Below, piece by piece: positions 62,451 through 64,000 of a DNA stretch of 64,000 nucleotides. Location of the stretch: contig CAVSBT010000027.1 of assembly GCA_963726245.1 (NCBI GenBank), positions 58,266-122,265 on the forward strand. Reading direction: 5' to 3'. The translations under genes were made by a program, and so were the position numbers. Below the pieces are notes generated by a model. It ran no database searches. It had not been told where the DNA came from and saw only the letters and a list, made by a program, of their open reading frames with translations. The stretch's first letter is position 1. Each line of letters starts with the position of its first letter. Source of the stretch: an uncultured Chloroflexia bacterium (GTDB taxonomy: Bacteria > Chloroflexota > Dehalococcoidia > DSTF01 > JALHUB01).

Positions 62451-62760
62451 GTGCGGTGGGCGCCGGGGCGGCGCGAGGCGGGCGCGCCGCGGGGCCGCGG
62501 GGGGAACCGCCCTGACACAGGCCTTACGCACGGCGGCCGGGGCGGGGGGCCGGCGGGGCGGCGGCGCGGCCGCCGACGGGCGTTGCGCGCAGGGCAGTGG
62601 GGCGCTCGCAGCGCCCGAGGCGCGCCGCCGCCGGGGGACCGCCGCCCAGACAGTCGCCACCTCAGTGGCGGGGGAGAACGGCGCCTACGCCACCGCACAT
62701 CGTGCACGACCGCCGACTGCGTACAGCGGCGGGGGCGCAAGCGCGCGACGGGGACAGCCT

Positions 62761-63054
62761 AGGGCGCGCGCCGGCGGGGCGCGCGGGCCGGCGGGCGGCG
62801 GGGGCGCGGGCGCGGACGCCGCGCGGCGACGGCGCCCGGCGCGGCCGGGGGGCGAGAGCGGGCGCGGCCGCGCCGGCCGCGCGGGGCGCCGCGCGCCCGC
62901 GGGGGCCGGCGGAGGGCGCGGGGCGGGGGGGCGGCGGGCGGCGGAACGGGGGGCCCGGGGGCGCGGCGGGGGCGGGGGGCCGCCGGGGGCGCGGGGGGGG
63001 GGGAGGGAGCGGGGGGAGCGGCGCGGGGGGGAGGAAGCGGAGGAAAGGGGGGGC
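62761..63054. other. G-rich low-complexity tract with no T on the plus strand
   Basis: No T read in 294 nt; multiple long G runs. Confidence 0.8.
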
Positions 63055-63074
63055 TGCGGACGCTCTGGCCTTGT

Positions 63075-64000
63075 CTACCCTCCGTCTCCGGACACCGAGA
63101 TCGCGCTGCCCAGGGTCTCGCCTCGCCAATCCGGGTTGTAGTAGGAGTAGGCCTGCGAGGCGACGCCTTTGGCGCGCACCGGGTACAGCGCCTTCGCCTG
63201 GAAGCTGAAGGAGATGCTGTCGCCGGGGTTCATGTCCTCGATGTAGAAGATGACCTTGCGACCGGCCACGTCGAACCGCTTCATGCGCGGCTCCCCGGCC
63301 ACGGCCTGCTCGATGGACTCGCGCACGGGCTCGAAGCCGGTGGGCACGGCGATGTCCACGACCACCATGCCCGCCTTCAGCGGCTCGGGCGGGTTGAACG
63401 TCACCTTGGCGTCGACGGTGATGGTGTCGTTCACCGCCACCTGCGCCGTGCCGTAGTTCACGTCTATCTTGAAGACCTCTCCCTGCTCCTCGGCCTTGGG
63501 CAGGTTGAAGCGGGTGACGTGCTGCACCACCACCTCGCCGCGGCCCTCGGCGCGCACCGTCGCCGGCGTCCCGGCGGGCACGTCCACCATCTGGAGCACG
63601 TCGAAGTTGCCGCTGTTGATGGTGACCTGCTTCGTCTCGCCGCCGGCCTCGACGGTGACCGTCAGGTCCACGTCGGCGGCGGCGCCGGCGGCCTGCTCGC
63701 TGAGAGCCTGGAGGGCGACGACGGTGTCCTGGGTGGAGCCGAAGCCGCCGTAGGCGTTGCGACGCGTGACCAGCCAGCGGGCGGCCCGCGAGGCGTTCAG
63801 GCGGTCGCCGTGGGCGTTGAGGGCCAGCGTGGCGTAGCCCGTGGCCTCGATGGCGGCGCTGCGGTCGGGCTGGAGGCCCTGCTCCGGCATGGGCATCGGC
63901 TCCGGCTGCTCCTGCCCCTGCAGGGGAATGGGCCCGTCGTTGCCCCAGTGGAGGCCGTCGCCGTCCTCTTGCGCCATGCGCCATGAGCTGGTCGTGGGCC
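63075..64000 (-). CDS. Alpha-2-macroglobulin/thioester-protein family, C-terminal part (continues beyond the window)
   Basis: IEATGYATLAL, RNAYGGFGSTQDTVVALQAL, GMVVVDIAVPTGF, VIFYIE, AYSYYNP. Confidence 0.88.
   Translation of the reverse strand, partial: PTTSSWRMAQEDGDGLHWGNDGPIPLQGQEQPEPMPMPEQGLQPDRSAAIEATGYATLALNAHGDRLNASRAARWLVTRRNAYGGFGSTQDTVVALQALSEQAAGAAADVDLTVTVEAGGETKQVTINSGNFDVLQMVDVPAGTPATVRAEGRGEVVVQHVTRFNLPKAEEQGEVFKIDVNYGTAQVAVNDTITVDAKVTFNPPEPLKAGMVVVDIAVPTGFEPVRESIEQAVAGEPRMKRFDVAGRKVIFYIEDMNPGDSISFSFQAKALYPVRAKGVASQAYSYYNPDWRGETLGSAISVSGDGG

Noticed and set aside
62394-63208. Gly/Arg/Pro-rich ORFs in the G-rich tract
   Set aside because: Open only because stop codons are scarce in this low-complexity sequence; no protein-like signal.

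Overview
GC-rich bacterial chromosome segment; gene content and order suggest Chloroflexota, probably Dehalococcoidia-like (inference). Core genes: gatCA, argS, recG-degV-fakA-rpmB, rpe, an arginine biosynthesis cluster (argC-J-B-D-G ... argH), nth, selD, lemA-htpX, a class A PBP, a KimA-like permease, an ArsA/Get3-like ATPase, fatty-acid catabolism genes and tRNA-Gly(CCC). About a dozen genes, including essential ones, carry small frameshifts, which points to long-read consensus errors rather than pseudogenes; 61.3-63.1 kb looks especially unreliable. Main points of interest: (1) two in-frame UGA selenoprotein candidates missed by the ORF track (SelD and a C_GCAxxG_C_C protein); (2) an integration hotspot at 4.9-8.6 kb with several tRNA fragments around an HD-GYP + DNRLRE cassette; (3) an integrase-free MazF-type TA module flanked by a 68-bp duplication of the argS 3' end, plus VapBC inside the arg cluster and a HEPN-motif gene next to selD; (4) a Cys-rich lipoprotein with a bacteriocin-like core and tandem Cys modules; (5) an LprG/P55-like lipoprotein + MFS pair; (6) short palindromic repeats inside coding frames and coinciding with stop codons; (7) a terminator abutting the start of a cation/H+ antiporter gene; (8) the C-terminus of an animal-like alpha-2-macroglobulin. 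All family assignments come from motif recognition; no database searches were run.
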